This document shows, one piece after another, positions 38,401 through 52,600 of a DNA stretch of 64,000 nucleotides. Under the pieces are notes generated by a model. The model did not search any database. It was not told the DNA's origin and worked only from the letters and a program-made list of their open reading frames with translations. Location: contig QPGO01000216.1 of NCBI GenBank assembly GCA_008632985.1, positions 1 through 64,000 on the forward strand, in the 5' to 3' direction. Every line of letters begins with the position of its first letter. The stretch's first letter is position 1. The position numbers and the translations under genes were made by a program. The stretch comes from Psammoneis japonica. Taxonomy: Eukaryota.

Positions 38401-39622
38401 CATTGGATTTTACTTTTCTCATTGGTGCCGACTGGGTGATAACTGAATGCCGTGTTTTGATTCGTTTTCAATTTTTACGGTTGAATTCAATGGGTTGACT
38501 GGCGTGTTCAAACAGTGTTTTCCGTGGTCCCATCCACTCATTGCATTTCTCCGCTGCAATTGACTGACAGGATTTGAACAAGGTTTTAGTTTGTCACACA
38601 CAATTATGTGTGCTCTTGGTTCCGCGCGCGTCGCATGATGCAGTTTGCTTTCGAGCCACATGGCTCACAAGAATGATGACAGCAGCACCGACATCACGAC
38701 ACCAGTCTTTCGGCTCCTGTGATGGTCTCTGCATGGAGACTCATCTGCTGTTTAGACAGCAGCAAGGAGCCATTGTTTTCTTCCACCCAGTCATCTTCAT
38801 TTTCTGTCAGATCAACAGTCTTGCTCTTTGTCATCCATTGAGTGTTCATCATCGTCATTGAGAAATTTTTCGACGATGCGCACCGTTGGCGGTGGAAGTG
38901 TGTGTCTACCTTCTTCACTGCTGGACACTGGATTAAATCTGTGCGTTTGGATTTATCCAAAACCTTGCATCTCTGGACACATCCATTCCACGCACATTTG
39001 TTTGGCCAGGAATTCCCAAATTCTCAGACATCCGAGATTCCGGATTCCTTGCAGCGGATCCTGCCAATGCATCCGCACGCGTCCACGCGCACACGACATA
39101 AATCCCTGACTCTGGCTCTGCTCCACGCATGCCAAGTCTACTGCCTCATGTCTGCACCGGATTGTTGGTCTTCTACAGTCCTGCAAGGTCCACGAGGACA
39201 ACTGTGAGAGGAAGCAGTTCGCGATTGCAGCCTGCGTTGGGGCGAGGGTGCATTTCCCATGTTTGTTCATCCCTCCACAGTGCCAAATTTGGCCGGCCTG
39301 ATCGGGTTATCCAACTGACATAAAATAAGAACGGTTCAGAGGTCTTGTCCACCTCTAGTCAGCTTGTCAGCAGGGGTTTTTAACCCGTCACTCCGCTCTC
39401 AGGCAACCCAAAGCGTCGCCAGCTGCGGGTTTGGATGTGCCGGCACAACTCCAAGGACCGGACAGGAAGCTCAGCACTTGCCTACGAACGGGATGTCACA
39501 GCCCAGCGGCTTCTGACTCTTAAGATAGTTCAAGACATCAAGTCAAGATTCAAGTCAAGTTTCAAGTTGTTTCAAGCTCACCCTCCGACCCCAGCCAGTT
39601 CCGACATCCACCCAGTTGCAAC

Positions 39623-40660
39623 ATGGTTCTCACCAGGCAACAACAAATTGATGGCCTCAAGCACATTCTAGGCACTGTTCTGAATCAAGCCATGGGCAGT
39701 CCATTGCACTCTGCCCTCAACATTGATGGAACCGATTCGCATCAGGAGCTTTTCACTTTTGCTCTGACGCAACTGGATGCCCTTGTGTGCAACGATGGCA
39801 CCAATCAGATGCCCTTGCCACGTGGTTACAAAGCACAGATAGCTGTGTTGATTAGCCTGTACACGGTAAAAGTGCGCAGCGGCGCGGATGTTGGCAATGA
39901 CCCTCAATTGTTCACACAAGAGGAGTTCACCAACTGTCGTCTTAGTCCTGAGCATGTGCCGTCCCTCTCCATGGGTGCAGCACCATCTGCTCCCACTCCT
40001 GGCTCGTTGCCACCCAAACCACGTGATCCCGTATGTGACTTTAAACGAGGCATCAAATGTGACCCACTTGCCTTTGCGCTTCTCAAGTCTGACAAACAGT
40101 GGCACACGTGGCACACCTCCATCATCGCACAGGCCCGTTCCCAAGACGTCGCACACATTCTCGACCCGACGTACAAGCCCTCTACAGCTGAGGACAAGGC
40201 CCTGTTTAATGAACAACAGAAGCACATGTTTGCAGTGTTCGAACAGATCTTGCAGAATGACAAAGGCAAGGCAGTTGTCCGTCAACATGTCAGCTCCTCT
40301 GATGCTCAAGCGGTCTGTCGTGACCTCTCCAAGTACACCCTTGCTTCCACTCGCGCATCCCTGGAGTCCTCGACCCTTCTCACGTACCTCACCACTGCTT
40401 GTCTTGGTGATGGCACCTGGAAAGGATCCACTCATGCTTTCACACTTCACTGGCAGGACCAGCTTCGCAAGTGTGAAGCTCTTGTCCCGGGCACGGACCA
40501 TTTCTCTGCTGGCCAGAAACGTGTCATGCTTGAGAATGCCGTTCATCCCATCAAAGAACTCCATTCGGTGAAGAATCAGGCGGATCAAAGGGTCTCTCTT
40601 ACAAAGAGTGCTGTGGACTCTTGCTTTCTGCTGCAGCACAGTACGACAGCACGTTCGCCC
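39623..40660 (+). pseudogene. gag: Copia Gag N-terminal part, truncated
   Basis: DFKRGIKCDP, AQARSQDV..ILDPTY.P, FILHWQDQ-like motifs; tcaag repeats in the leader. Confidence 0.8.
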
Positions 40661-40689
40661 CCAAGACGGCTCCTTGTGCGGGGTCCCCG

Positions 40690-43337
40690 GCTTGCACCTG
40701 GCTGCTCACCCTGATGTGCGTGTGTTTTGTGCTCAACCACACGGTGTCTGCCAAGCTCCACTGGCACACCCCCACCGAGGTGCTGTCCAGCTCTACTCCT
40801 GACATCAGCCCGCTCCTCCGCTTTCAATGGTGGGAACCCGCGCACTGCCACCTGGATGATTCCGACTGGCCACCCGAATCTCGTGAATTGCGTGGTCGCT
40901 TCGTTGGCGTCGCCAAACACGTTGGTCACCAAATGACATTTAAGATTCTTTCTGATGACACTCAGAAGATTCTCCACCGTTCCAACATGCGCTCCGCCCA
41001 TGATCCGTCTGCTCCAAACCTGCGTCTTGATCCTCCTGATGAGAAATCTGCTGACCCTGTCATTAAATCCCGCCACGACTCCGAGAATTCGCCAGATTCA
41101 CCAGATGGGGAGGCGATCAGGATGCCCAAAATGCCGGTCTTTGACCCCGAGGACATCACAGGATGCACCTTCCTCATGAAGCTACAAGAGAATGGACAAC
41201 GCCACAGAGCCCGCATCGTCAAAGCCATTGAGGACCATGACTGGAAAATCGGAGGCAATCCTGAACTGGTCAAGTTCATTTGCTCCATCAACAATGACAA
41301 ACACGAGGAAGTCCTAGCCTGCAATGACATCATGCACCACATTGAGCAAGAAGACAAGGACTCAACTCTCTGGAAGTTCTGACGCATTGCATCGCATGAA
41401 GGACCATTGCGACCCCATGATCCCTCTTGGAAAGGCTCAAGCTAAAACGTCATGCTTGAATGGGAGAATGGGGAGATCACGTCCGAGACCCTTGCCATCA
41501 TTGCCAAGGACGACCCTGTCACCTGTGCCATCTACGCGCGTGAGCACAGCCTTCTAGAAACCGAAGGATGGAGACGTTTTTGCAAGATGGCACTTCATCA
41601 GAAGAAGCTGTTCCGCATGGCCAACCAAGCCAAGTTGTGCTCCTTTCGCACTGCACCACGATGCAAGTGCGGGTGTGAAGTGCCATGGGACTGCAAGCAT
41701 GCCATGGCCCTTGATGAGCGCAACGGCAACCGCAAGTGGGGAGATGAAACGGACCTCGAGATGACTCAGCTTGATGAGTGCGAGGTCTTCCACGACTGCG
41801 GACACCACAAGGATTCCAGTGCTCCATCAGGACACAAGAAGATCCGGGTGCATCTCGTCCACGATGTCAAACATGACGGATGGCACAAAGCAAGGCTTGT
41901 TGCCGATGGACACCTCACAGACGTTCCCGTTGACAGTGTCTGTTCCGGAGTGGTGTCTCTCCGTGGCCTGCAAATGATGATCTTCTTGGCCGAACTCAAC
42001 GAACTAGAGACCTGGGCCACTGACGTTGGGAATGCCTGCCTTGAAGCTACGACCAAGGAGAAACTGCACATCGTAGCAGGCCCCGAGTTTGGCAACCTGG
42101 AAGGACACATCCTTGTCATCCTCAAGGCCTCACATGGACTCCACAGCTCCAGCCTCAGATGGCATGAATGCTTTGCCAATTGCTTGCGTGCCAAAGGCTT
42201 CTTTCCATGCAAAGCCGAACCCGACATCTGGCTGCGCAGGAATGGTGACCACTGCGAATGCATGGCAGTGCATGTGGACGACCTGGCCTTTGCCATGAAG
42301 GACCCCCAGGCTTTTGCAGACACCCTCATGGAGAAGTGCAAGTTCAAGCTCAAGGGCACTGGACCATTGGAGTTCCATCTTGGCTGCGATTTCACCCGTG
42401 ACCCAGACGGCACCCTGTGCCTTGCTCCCCGCAAGTGCATTGAGCGCATGGTTGACAACTGTGCACGCCTCTTTGGGGAGAAGCCCAGCACTGATGTGCT
42501 TTCACCCCTTGACAAGGGTGACCACCCTGAGCTCAACACCTCCAAATTACTCAAACCGGATGGCATCCACCAATTCCAATCCTTGATTGGATCCCTGCAA
42601 TGGGTCGCATCTCCAGGTTGCATTGACATTGCTGCGGCTGTCATGTCCCTGTCCAGCTTCCGTGCAGCACCCCATCAAGGCCACCCAGACCGTGCCAAAT
42701 GCATCTGCGGATTCCTCTCCAAGATGCGTCATGGCACCCTCCGAGTGCGCACCGAGGAGCCCGACTGTTTGGACCTCCCTGAGCCTGTGTACAACTGGGC
42801 TCAATCCGTGCATGGGGAGGTAGAAGAGCTGCTCCCGCAAGATGCACCCGAGCCGCTTGGCAAGTTCGTCACCACCAGGCACTGCGTTGATGCGAGCTTG
42901 TTCCATTGCATGCTCACTGGATGCTCTGTCACCGGCATCCTCCATTTCCTCAACAAGTTTCCGGCTGATTGGTTCTCCAAGAAACAAGCAACAGTCGAGA
43001 CTGCTGTGCATGGATCCAAGTTTGTTGCCGCAAGGACGTGTGTCGAGCAGATCATTGATCTGCGCATCACTCTTTACGTCACCTTGGCATTCCCATTCAT
43101 GAAACATGTTGCATGTTTGGGGACAACAAGTCGGTTGTGGACAGTGCTGCCATCCCGCACTCCAAGTTACACAAGCGACACACTGCCCTCTCATTCCATC
43201 GTGTGCGTGAGGCGATTGCCTCCGGTTTCCTTGAGTTTCATTTTGTCGAAGGCTCCCGCAACCTGGCTGACATCCTCAGCAAGCATTGGGGTTACTCCCA
43301 AATCTGGAACCTCCTTCATCCTCTAATGCTTTGGAAT
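40690..43337 (+). pseudogene. pol: Copia pol: integrase C-terminal half, RT, RNase H
   Basis: DVKHDG.HKARLVA, DVGNACL, AVHVDDL, WFSKKQATVET, NLADILSKHWGY. Confidence 0.92.
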
Positions 43338-43705
43338 GACGCGTTCCAGGTCTAGGTGGGACCTCGTGCTGCTGAACTGTGACATCGACAGTTTTTTGAA
43401 TCACGTCGCATGTCGCGCACGTAGATTTCTACGTGATTTTTTCGATGTTTTGTGTCATTTTACGGTGCACTTGTTGAGTGATCCGTCCAACAACTTTTGA
43501 CATTTTTTGTTACAGCGCAATTCTACAATGTCTTAAGAATCGCGCAGGGCAGGCGCATTTGCAAAAACGTCGAGTGGCAAGAGGCACAATTGCACCACAA
43601 ACTTGGCCGTTCATTTGATGTTGAAGACAAATGCATGCATTAATTTAATTCTCGCATTACGGAGCTCGCACGCACACGGAGTCCCACCCAGGGCTGGAAC
43701 GCGTC
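43338..43705. mobile_element. MITE family M2, copy 2; TSD gaat/gaac
   Basis: TIR gacgcgttccag...ctggaacgcgtc; empty site ttggaactttgatcc at ~28133. Confidence 0.87.
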
Positions 43706-44029
43706 GAACTTTGATCCCGAGGCTTTCAACCAATCCGACTTCGAATCTGTCACTGTTGACCCCTCAAGCAAACTGGGGAGTGACAGGATTTGAACAAGGT
43801 TTTGTTCATCACACACAATTATGTGTGCTCTTAGTTCCGCGCACGTCGCGTGATGTAGTTTGCTTTCGAGCCACACGGCTCACAAGAACAATGACAGCAG
43901 CACCGACATCATGACACCAGTCTTTCGGCTCCTGTGACGGTCTCTGCACGGAGACTCATCTGCCATTTAGACAGCAGCAAGGAGTTGTTGTTTTCTTCCA
44001 CCCAGTCATCTTCATTTTCTGTCATTGAC

Positions 44030-47000
44030 TTTCAACAAGTGCAGTTGCAATTAATGGCTGCTGAGTCACTCTTGACTAAACCGGTGCCAACTCCAGTTTG
44101 CACACTTTGGCACAGTTGACCTGTTGGTCGTCTTCATCATCCGAGCCATCCTGTGCTTCTTCTGCCGCCCGTTGATCTTGCTTGGTTGCAATGGCTCTGC
44201 AGTGCTCTTCCCACCGGCCCAGGCATCTGCTTGCAACATCTTGCTTGATCTCCTTGACCATGTCAACAAAGAACTTGTTGGCCTTTGGTGACCACCCTTT
44301 GCTCTTCCTTGGTGTTGACCCATGCAGAAACAGGGAACAAGTGCTTAAACCGCAGAGACAGAGATTTTCTGTGTGTGCAAAAATTGTGAGATCACATTTT
44401 AGTCAGAGCAACAATGCGCATTGGTGTCTTTTTCCAAGAAACAAGAATTCTTGTTACATGACAAGTCATTGGAAAGATTTGAGCATGAGTCTTTTGCAAC
44501 ACTTGTTGACACTCATGCGGAGCCAATTCTCAGGCTCATACACGGCACTGCGTGCATCCTACGCAGACCCTTCATGCGAGGTGAGTCACATGCGCGATGG
44601 CCAGTCACGCCGGTCTCAGTTGCATGGGTCACTCCTGTAGCCTGTCGCAGGTCTCACACTGGGAGTCGTGTTTTCTGCAACACGCCTCTGCAGGATCAGC
44701 GTTGCTGTGGACAGCCTGCAGATGCAGGAAAGTGGCATCATCGGTGGCCATGGCAGGGATGCCCACTGCAGGGTCTTGCGCTTCCGCGGTCCCATGTTTC
44801 CGTCCAAGTTTTTCGGCTTTGCCACCGTGAAATGCTTGAGGTTCCTGACAACCTTTCTCTTTTTGCTTGCACTGCACATGCCTTCTCATGCATGAAGGAT
44901 GTCATTGTCATTGTTGCTGTTTCAGTGGACATTTCGCCATGCATTCGTGCGTCAGTCGTTTTCTGAGCTGACGTCATGTAGTGGAGCATGCACTTCCTGT
45001 GCTGTCACAGCACGCGCAGCATCTGACATCATTGAAGCTCACTTCTGCTGACTCACTTGGTGCATGACTCTCACGACTCAGTCGTTTAGGGCCCTGCGCG
45101 GAATCGGATCATCTGCCGTTCAGTGGCCCCCACTGGGGGCACCACCTTTCGTCTCAAGGTTCGTCTTGTCTTATCTTGAGGGTCGTCTTGCTTGAGGGTC
45201 GTCTTCAGGGTCGTCTTGAGGGTCATCTTGAGGTGCGGCAGGTGAGGAAGAAGTGTCTATGACGTGTGCAGGATGCTGTGCATGGGAACAGCACATGAGC
45301 ATTGCTGCAGCTCTGGGCCATTTTTCACAGGCCTTGCAGGAATGTCCTGTCTTTTCCACGTCCCAGAGACATGGAAAACATGCCACAGGCCTTGTCGTGA
45401 GTCATTTTCTGTTGACATTTTATCTCAGGCCGTTTGGCATTTCTAAACTGCTGTTTTTGTAGTTTGCAACAGTGCTGCCTTCTTGGCAGTCATTGGTGTC
45501 AGCATCTTTCTCACCGGCAATTAGCAAATTTTTGAACAGGATTTTCGAATCGCTCATGAAACGCGACATCTGTGGCGTTCGTGTCGAGCGGGTTGAATGT
45601 TGGAGTTTTTGTCTTGCGCTGACATGCACGAGGCATGCCACATTCGACGTGATCGATTCTCTCATCGTTCGGCATCGTTTTTAGTGCATCACCACCATTG
45701 TCGAGCGGCGAATTCTTTGAATTTTGCTCGCACGTGTTCTTCTCACCGCACGAGTGCCATCTTGGCGATTTTTGCTTTCTGCTGCACTCCTAACTGAACA
45801 GTCATGGAGAACAGGAAAATGACATTCCATTGCTTCCACTCTTCTCTGCAGAACGGCTGACAGTCATGGCCAGTTAAATAAAAGCCATTCTTGCACTTGC
45901 CGGAAGTAATGTCACTGTGACCCATGCAGAAATGGGGAGTGGGTGCTTAAACCGTAGAGACAGAGATTTTCTGTGTGTGTAAAAATTATGAGATTATTTT
46001 AGTTAGAGTGCAAATGTGCGATGGTGTCTTTTTCCAAGAAACAAGAATTCTTGTTGCATGACAAGTCATTGGAAAGATTTAAGCATGAGTCTTTTGCAAC
46101 ACTTGTTGACACTCATGCGGAGCCAATTTGCAGGCTCATGCTCGGCACTGCATGCATCCTACGCAGACCCTTCATGCGAGGTGAGTCATGTGCACCATGG
46201 CCAGTCACGCCGGTCTCAGTCGCATGGGTCACTCCTGTGGCCTGTCACAGGTCTCGCACTGGGAGTCGTGTTTTCTGCAACACGCTTCTGCAGGATCAGT
46301 GTTGCTGTGGACAGCCTGCAGACGCAGGAAAGTGGCATCATCGGTGGCCATGGCAGGGATGCCCACTGCAGGGTCTTGCGCTTCTGCGGTCCCATGTTTC
46401 CATCCAAGTTTTTCGGCTTTGCCACCGTGAAATGCTTGAGGTTCCTGACAACCTTTCTCTTTTTGCTGGATGCATCCACATTGTTTTGGATGTCAATGAG
46501 CACTTTCGTAGCCTTGGTCAGAGCCGTCACTCGCAGTGCAGCATTTGGCTCTTCTCTGATCTTCTTGACCATGGCATCACATTTCACAACGGCCTCCCCC
46601 CTTGTGTTCTTGAACTTCTGCTGCATTTTTTGTGCTGATGGACCTGCCTCCTCCAACGGCTCTTGTGGATCTTTCTGGAGCAGCACAAATTTGCTCTGGT
46701 CCTGGCCGTCCTTCTCTTTGGCCACCGCAATGTCTGGCATGATTGTCTCGCACAAGTCCTTGCCTCCTCCATCATCAACCAACTCCATGTTGCAATCCAT
46801 CATCAAAGTGCTTTCCTTGTTTTGGCTCTTGCACTTGGCATGCCATGCACAGCAGTTGTTTTTGAGGAGCATGTGGGCAAATGCCTCGGCACGCGCTGTG
46901 CCCACCCTCTTGTTCTTGGAGATGCACTCTTTCCAGCATGCGTCTCCAACCAACGGACGCAGCATGCAGTCACAGAACACCATCTGCAAAGCCGGGTTTC

Positions 47001-47712
47001 CCAAGCGATCTTGGAATCTTTCTGGCAATGGCAAGATGCAATTCTTCTCTTTGCAGCATGCACAAAGAGCTTCATTTGCGGCAGGAAAAATCAGTGACGA
47101 TGACACTGTCAGCAGTTGCATTGGCTGTTCTTGTTGCACACTCTGTCATCACTCACTGTGGAACTTGTCCTGCTGTGCCTGGTGCGCATTTGATCTCTTA
47201 ATTGCTGGCCACTCCTGATGCATCTTTTTTTGTTTCATTGCAATCCAAAGGTGTCGCGGGCATGTTTTTTGCTCCACCTCAGGCAATGCGTTCAGCAGGC
47301 CATGCATCATTTTGGGGCCGCAATTCTGTTCACAATCTTGGCAGAGCATGCCCGTTTCCTCCATTTCCTTTTTGTCGAACATGAACACGACACTGAGGAA
47401 CAATGTTTCCTTTGCATGATCTCTCACCTTTCCTTGGCCTGGTCCGCCATCCACTCGGTTGAGCTTAGTTCCCGCTCCACACACACCATCGTCTCTGCCA
47501 TTGCTGCTGTGTTTATTTCCGGTGTGTGCTGAAGCACACGGAAGTACGTTGATGGATGTGGTTGAGTCTTGCAGATGATGTGCAGGTGACGGTTGTCCTT
47601 TTCCATTCCCCCATGTAAATTTCCACTCACCTGAACAGTGTCTTTCACCAATGTTTCTTTGTTTGGCTGGACATCTGCATTGAAATTTAAACAGATCCTC
47701 TCTCCAATTCAA
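44030..47712 (-). pseudogene. Decayed transposon accessory ORF (type seen beside Plavaka-like transposases), interrupted by family C LTRs
   Basis: ORFs 47149-47712 and 46216-47139 with EAFA..LLKNN..AW; continues ..TPRKSKGW after 44315. Family call is from memory. Confidence 0.45.
44316..46370 (-). mobile_element. LTR family C, rearranged copy; LTRs 44316-44770 and 45918-46370
   Basis: Two ~455-bp direct repeats related to the 52037-52416 LTR; internal 45260-45917 is homologous to 52417-53030. Confidence 0.8.
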
Positions 47713-48049
47713 AAAATGTCATGTTTAATTTCCGAACATGTGCATGCCCTCATGTCCAATTGCCTCCCTGTGGCCAACCCTCTGATGGCCATTGTCGCCA
47801 TGCCAAGTGTCTCCCATTCAAAAATCAACCAGGTGCACACTCAACAATTTGATTCAAAAATCAATCTGACACCTGCACGCCAACAAATGGTTGTGAACAA
47901 GCATCCAATTGTTTCATCCTGCATCTTTGCCTTCCTCATCTCCAATCATTCTCTTAGCTTGGCATGCCAGTTTGCCACCATCGCTGCCGGTTTGCACAAA
48001 ATGCGGCCCGTCCCCGTGCATCTGCCACAACTCAATTGAGCCAGTTATC

Positions 48050-48617
48050 GCAAGCCACTGTTTTTGCATTCCAAGAGACAGACGAAGAACCAAATCGCAG
48101 CACGGACCTCAATGGAGATGATGACTCACCCAGTTTCCCACCTGCAGACAATCCAGAGCCCACGCCTCCCCCTGATGAAGAATCTGAGGAGGAGGAGGAG
48201 GAAGATGATGATGAGGATTGCGATGACGACAAGCATGACGACGACAATTCCTCTCTTTACGAAATGTTCCCTGGCACTCCTCTTGCTGCTTCTTTGCATT
48301 CTTCCCCAGTGGAGGCATGTGAAGAATCCAACTTGCCCCAGGTTCAACCCCCTGGCGTCCTCCCCACCAGCAGCACTGCCAACTCCGATGCCTTGCACGG
48401 GGAGGCACCTGATCCACCAACCTTTACACTGATGGAGGAAGCCTCTTTGGAGCTGATTATGCTGTGTGACAATTCCGGCGCCACTCGCAAATTCTGCGGG
48501 AAGTTGCTCACCCTGTTGTGCCGATTTTGCAACAAGCGGAAATTTGATTGTTCCCAGTGTCTTGGTCATGACTTGTTGGTGAAGACACTCCACAAGAAGG
48601 TTTTCCTGCCCCAGCCC
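48050..48617 (+). pseudogene. Plavaka-like transposase N-terminal fragment
   Basis: Acidic tract followed by EEASLELIMLCDNSGA.RKF..LL.LL; cut by an LTR. Recognition from memory only. Confidence 0.4.
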
Positions 48618-48925
48618 TGCAGCATGCGACTGTCACACACACACACACACAATTGTGCATCATTTGCATGTCAATCGCACCACAGTCGTGGATGTGCACG
48701 AAGGACAGAATGATCACACAGAGTTGATCGGATGTCGAAAATTGCAAACACGATTGATTGACAATGTTGACATCTTGCGTGTCAATGGCAATCGCATCTG
48801 GACAATCTGTTGTCACGATTGCATTCTCCGAAAGGCCTTTTGTCTGCAGAAGCAGTGCAGAAGCTTTGGGCCATTGAGAACTCGTTCGGAGAAACCAAAA
48901 ATCACAGAGCAAAATTTAATCTCAT
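48618..48925 (+). repeat. Truncated gypsy family B LTR
   Basis: tgcagcatgcgactg start; homologous to 49640-50006. Confidence 0.85.
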
Positions 48926-49639
48926 TGCCCGATGGTGCCAGACAGTTGTAAAGCAGCGTTGTTAATTTGACTGTTGCTGACATTGTGAGAAGAACTAGAT
49001 GAGATTCGGCTGCTCCGAAAGCTTGTAGAAAAGATGCTGAGAAACCATGTGGAAATTGACAGAAAGCAGAATTCGGAAGACATCTAGAAGACTCTGGAGA
49101 CACAGAGATCTTTCTAGAAAGTGTCATCTTTGACATGTTTGACATCTCGTTGACACTTCTTGACATCCACGAATGAACACACAAATGAAGCATGGATGAC
49201 CATGACACTCGGCACTCGCTTCCCCAATTGAGGCATTAAAAGACAGGGTGAAGATGACTGACATTGATCCGCTCAGTGACGTTGGGTGAGCACTGGATGG
49301 CAACGGTTCCATTGGTGTGAACACGGACAATGCGGAAGGGACCATCTTTGGCATTGAGTTTGCATTGGACGTCTTTGGTCATGACAAAGACTTGATCGCT
49401 GACATTGCAACCATGAGTGAGATGTTTTGTGTTCTCATGGACATTGTTGCGCAGGACGTCATGCTTGTGACCGGAGTTAATCATCTTTCAATTGGCAAGA
49501 CAAGCAGCAGAAATGACCATGTCTTGACCAAAAACGACTTGTCCGGGAGATGACATGAGGGCAGCATGATGAGTGCTGCACAAGGCCCATGCAACAGATT
49601 GCAAAATGCCGTGGATCATGTCCTCGTCACAATCACGTG
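48926..49639 (-). mobile_element. 3' remnant of another gypsy family (integrase end, PPT, LTR)
   Basis: SPGQVVFGQDM, GPFRIVRVHTNGTV...ERINV; PPT ttggggaagcgag. Confidence 0.8.
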
Positions 49640-52600
49640 TGCAGCATGTGACTGTTACATGCACATTCACAATCATGTGTTATTTGCATGTCAATTGCAC
49701 CACAGTCGTGGATGCCTGCAAAGGACAGAACGACCACACAGAATTGATCGGATGTCGAAAATTGCAAGTGCAATCGATTGACAATGTTGACATCTTGCGT
49801 GTCAATGGCAATCGCATCCAGACAATCTGTTTTCCCGAATGCATTCTCCGAAAGGCCTTTTGTCTGTAGAAGCAGCACAGAAGCTTTGGGCCATTGAGAA
49901 CTTGTTCGGAGAAACCAAAAATCACAGAGCAAAATTTAACCTCATAATTTTCACTTTTCACACTTGATTCTGCTTTTGTTTGTACTTGTTCTTCGAGCAC
50001 AGTGCATTGTGCATGCACACCACAGAAGGTAAAAACACGGAAAATGAAAATTTCAACCAACGTGCCTTTGTGCATTCTTCTGCAAACAGGAACAAATCGC
50101 ACCAGTGCTGCTGGAATCAAATTCCGAGCAGAAGAAGCTCAACCCGAGCAGTGCTTCAAGAAAAAACACTGTGTTTCATCTGCAAAACAAGAAGATTTGT
50201 TCTGACATGATCCATTTCAAGTGCCTCAGGACCAAGGACTCTACAAGAGCACAGCATTGTCGAAATGTCTGCCCCAAGTCATGGTTGGATGGAATTTTAA
50301 GTCTCGAGTCGATCAGGTCCGAGAAATGCATCTGCTGTTCAAGGAGAGACTGTTGGAGAGTTTTTAGAGACCAAATCAACGAGCCTCGAGTCTGAAGACC
50401 AAGAAGAAACCATTGAAAAGTGCTTCAAGAGTCTCTCAACTCATGTCTTCCAAGAAATTACACTTCAGAATCAGAGTTGTTATTTTCAAGACAATCTGAA
50501 GAAACCAGAGCTGCTTGACAGCAAGAAAGCCTCTGTTAGACCCAAGAGGTCAATGAAGAGCGTCCACATGACCCTTCAATTGATTCTAAGTTGAATCTAG
50601 TGGGAAACCAAGCCGTGAGCTTTTGGCTGTTGCTCGCACCGCAAGGATGGCAGCATCAGTCTACTGTCCAAAACAATCAACTGTTGGAACTCATCCTTGA
50701 TGAGCTGATTAAGTTTTGAGTCATCTAAAGGTCGTTGAAGACGTCCATGACGGAAAAAATGTGTCAAATCAGGCTCTGACAGCAAAGTTGATTCCAAAAC
50801 CAAAATGGCTCCAAATTTGGTTCCACAAATGGTCTCCTGCATGGTGCCTGAACAATCCAAATTGATCAAGAGGTCCAATCTTTGAAAAAAGAACACCCAC
50901 ATCACGGATTGAAGCTGTTCTGAAAATGAAGCAGCAGAAAGAGTGCAAGGGTGGCTCTGAGAGAGACCCAAAAATATGATGCTCTAACAGCAATCCCACG
51001 CGACGTGACGACAGCAGAAAAATGTCTCTGTGAAAGAGGAATTGAACGCCACAGTGACTGGGCAGTTCACAAAAACAATTAAAATGAGTTCCTCAGCAAA
51101 GGAACATAAAAACAAGAGCGAAAATTACGACTCTAAAACACTTAGTGAATGAAACCATCAATTTGGAAAAATTGATCCGATTGATTCAGATCAAAATTTT
51201 GTGCCACTCGAGGAGTGTAACGCGTTACAGGACGTCTGGCAATCCAGAAAAAACATCACAGTGTGTCAGACCAGTCCTGTTCTTGCTGTTCATATGAGCA
51301 CTTCTCTCAGGAAAGCAAAAAACAAGCTTCAACGCCATTCTTTTCATTGAAGAACATCGTCATCCACAATTTTGTGCAAATTCACGCGGAAGTGAGAATG
51401 AAGAAATCCGCCACCAAAACTTGGGAAACCAAGGGTGACTCTTCATGACTGACAGTCGCTGTCAAACACAGTTCTCTTTGCCTGAATTTGACAATCATGC
51501 GATGGTGTGAACAACACAATGTGTTGACAACACCGAATGTTCTTCAAGTCCATGTGATGTGATCATGAGACACGACTCAATGTCCAGTCTTGAAATCACA
51601 TTGGACTGTGCAGCTGAAGAAATCAAAGAGGAAGAAGCAGCTGCATCCATGAAGAATGTTGATCCACTCTTCGAAGCCGATGTTTCCAGCTGAGTGCCAA
51701 TCACATTGAAAAATGTGACGCCATGAACAGAGTTGACAATGGAGCCAATGTTCCTTGACTCACATTGTCATGCTGCCAATCTTATGATGTGACAGCTGCG
51801 GCAACTTGTCTGACTCCAGAGGAGCAGAAGCCATCAATCTTCCCTAAAAAAATTTAAATCTCTTTTCGATGGTTCTCCAGGCGAGTGGACCGGAAAACCT
51901 CGCAGTGAAATCTGGCTCGAAGCCGCATCACACGAAAGGTTTCCTGTTTCCACAAGCTTTGGAGGCGACTCGTAAGTGGATTGAAAGGCTCTGTAAGCCA
52001 AAAGTGTCCCAAAGAAAAACAAACTGTTCTGAATGGTGCAGCAGGCATCCCCACCGCAGCCGCCGATGATGCCATTTTCCTGCGTCTGTGGGCTGTCCGC
52101 AGCAACGCTGATCCTGCAGAAGCATGCATTGGGAAACACGACTCTCAGTGCGAGACCCACGAAGGGCTGCGGGAGCTCCACACGACTGAGACCGGCGCGA
52201 CTGGCCATCGCGTGCGTGACTCACTTTGCACGAAGGGACTGCGCAGGATGCACGCAGTGCCGAGCATGATTGGTTCCACGCAGGGACTAAAGACGCGGCA
52301 TGTCTTGCTGTCATGCGCACACATGCTCTGCGCAAAACAGTCTCACAATTTTCGTAACACACGAATTGTCAACCTCTTTATGACTGAGTGCTCACACCCT
52401 GTTTTTGCATGGGGCACAGCAATGTTGCTCCCAGCAAGTGCAAGAACACCCTTTGTTTAACTAACCATGACTGTCAGCCATTCTGCAGAGAAGAGTGGGA
52501 CGCAACAGAATGTCAATTTCCTGTTCTCTATGACTGTTTCTTTGGGAGGATAGCAGAAAGCAAAAAAGTCGCCAAAATGGCGATCGTGCGGTAAGAACGC

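Larger units (their letters stand above)
38565..44024 (+). mobile_element. Internally deleted copia (CoDi-like); LTRs 38565-38809 and 43781-44024; TSD TTGAC
   Basis: Paired ~245-bp LTRs tgacag...ctgtca; ttgac on both flanks; gag joins directly to the integrase C-terminal half. Confidence 0.93.
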
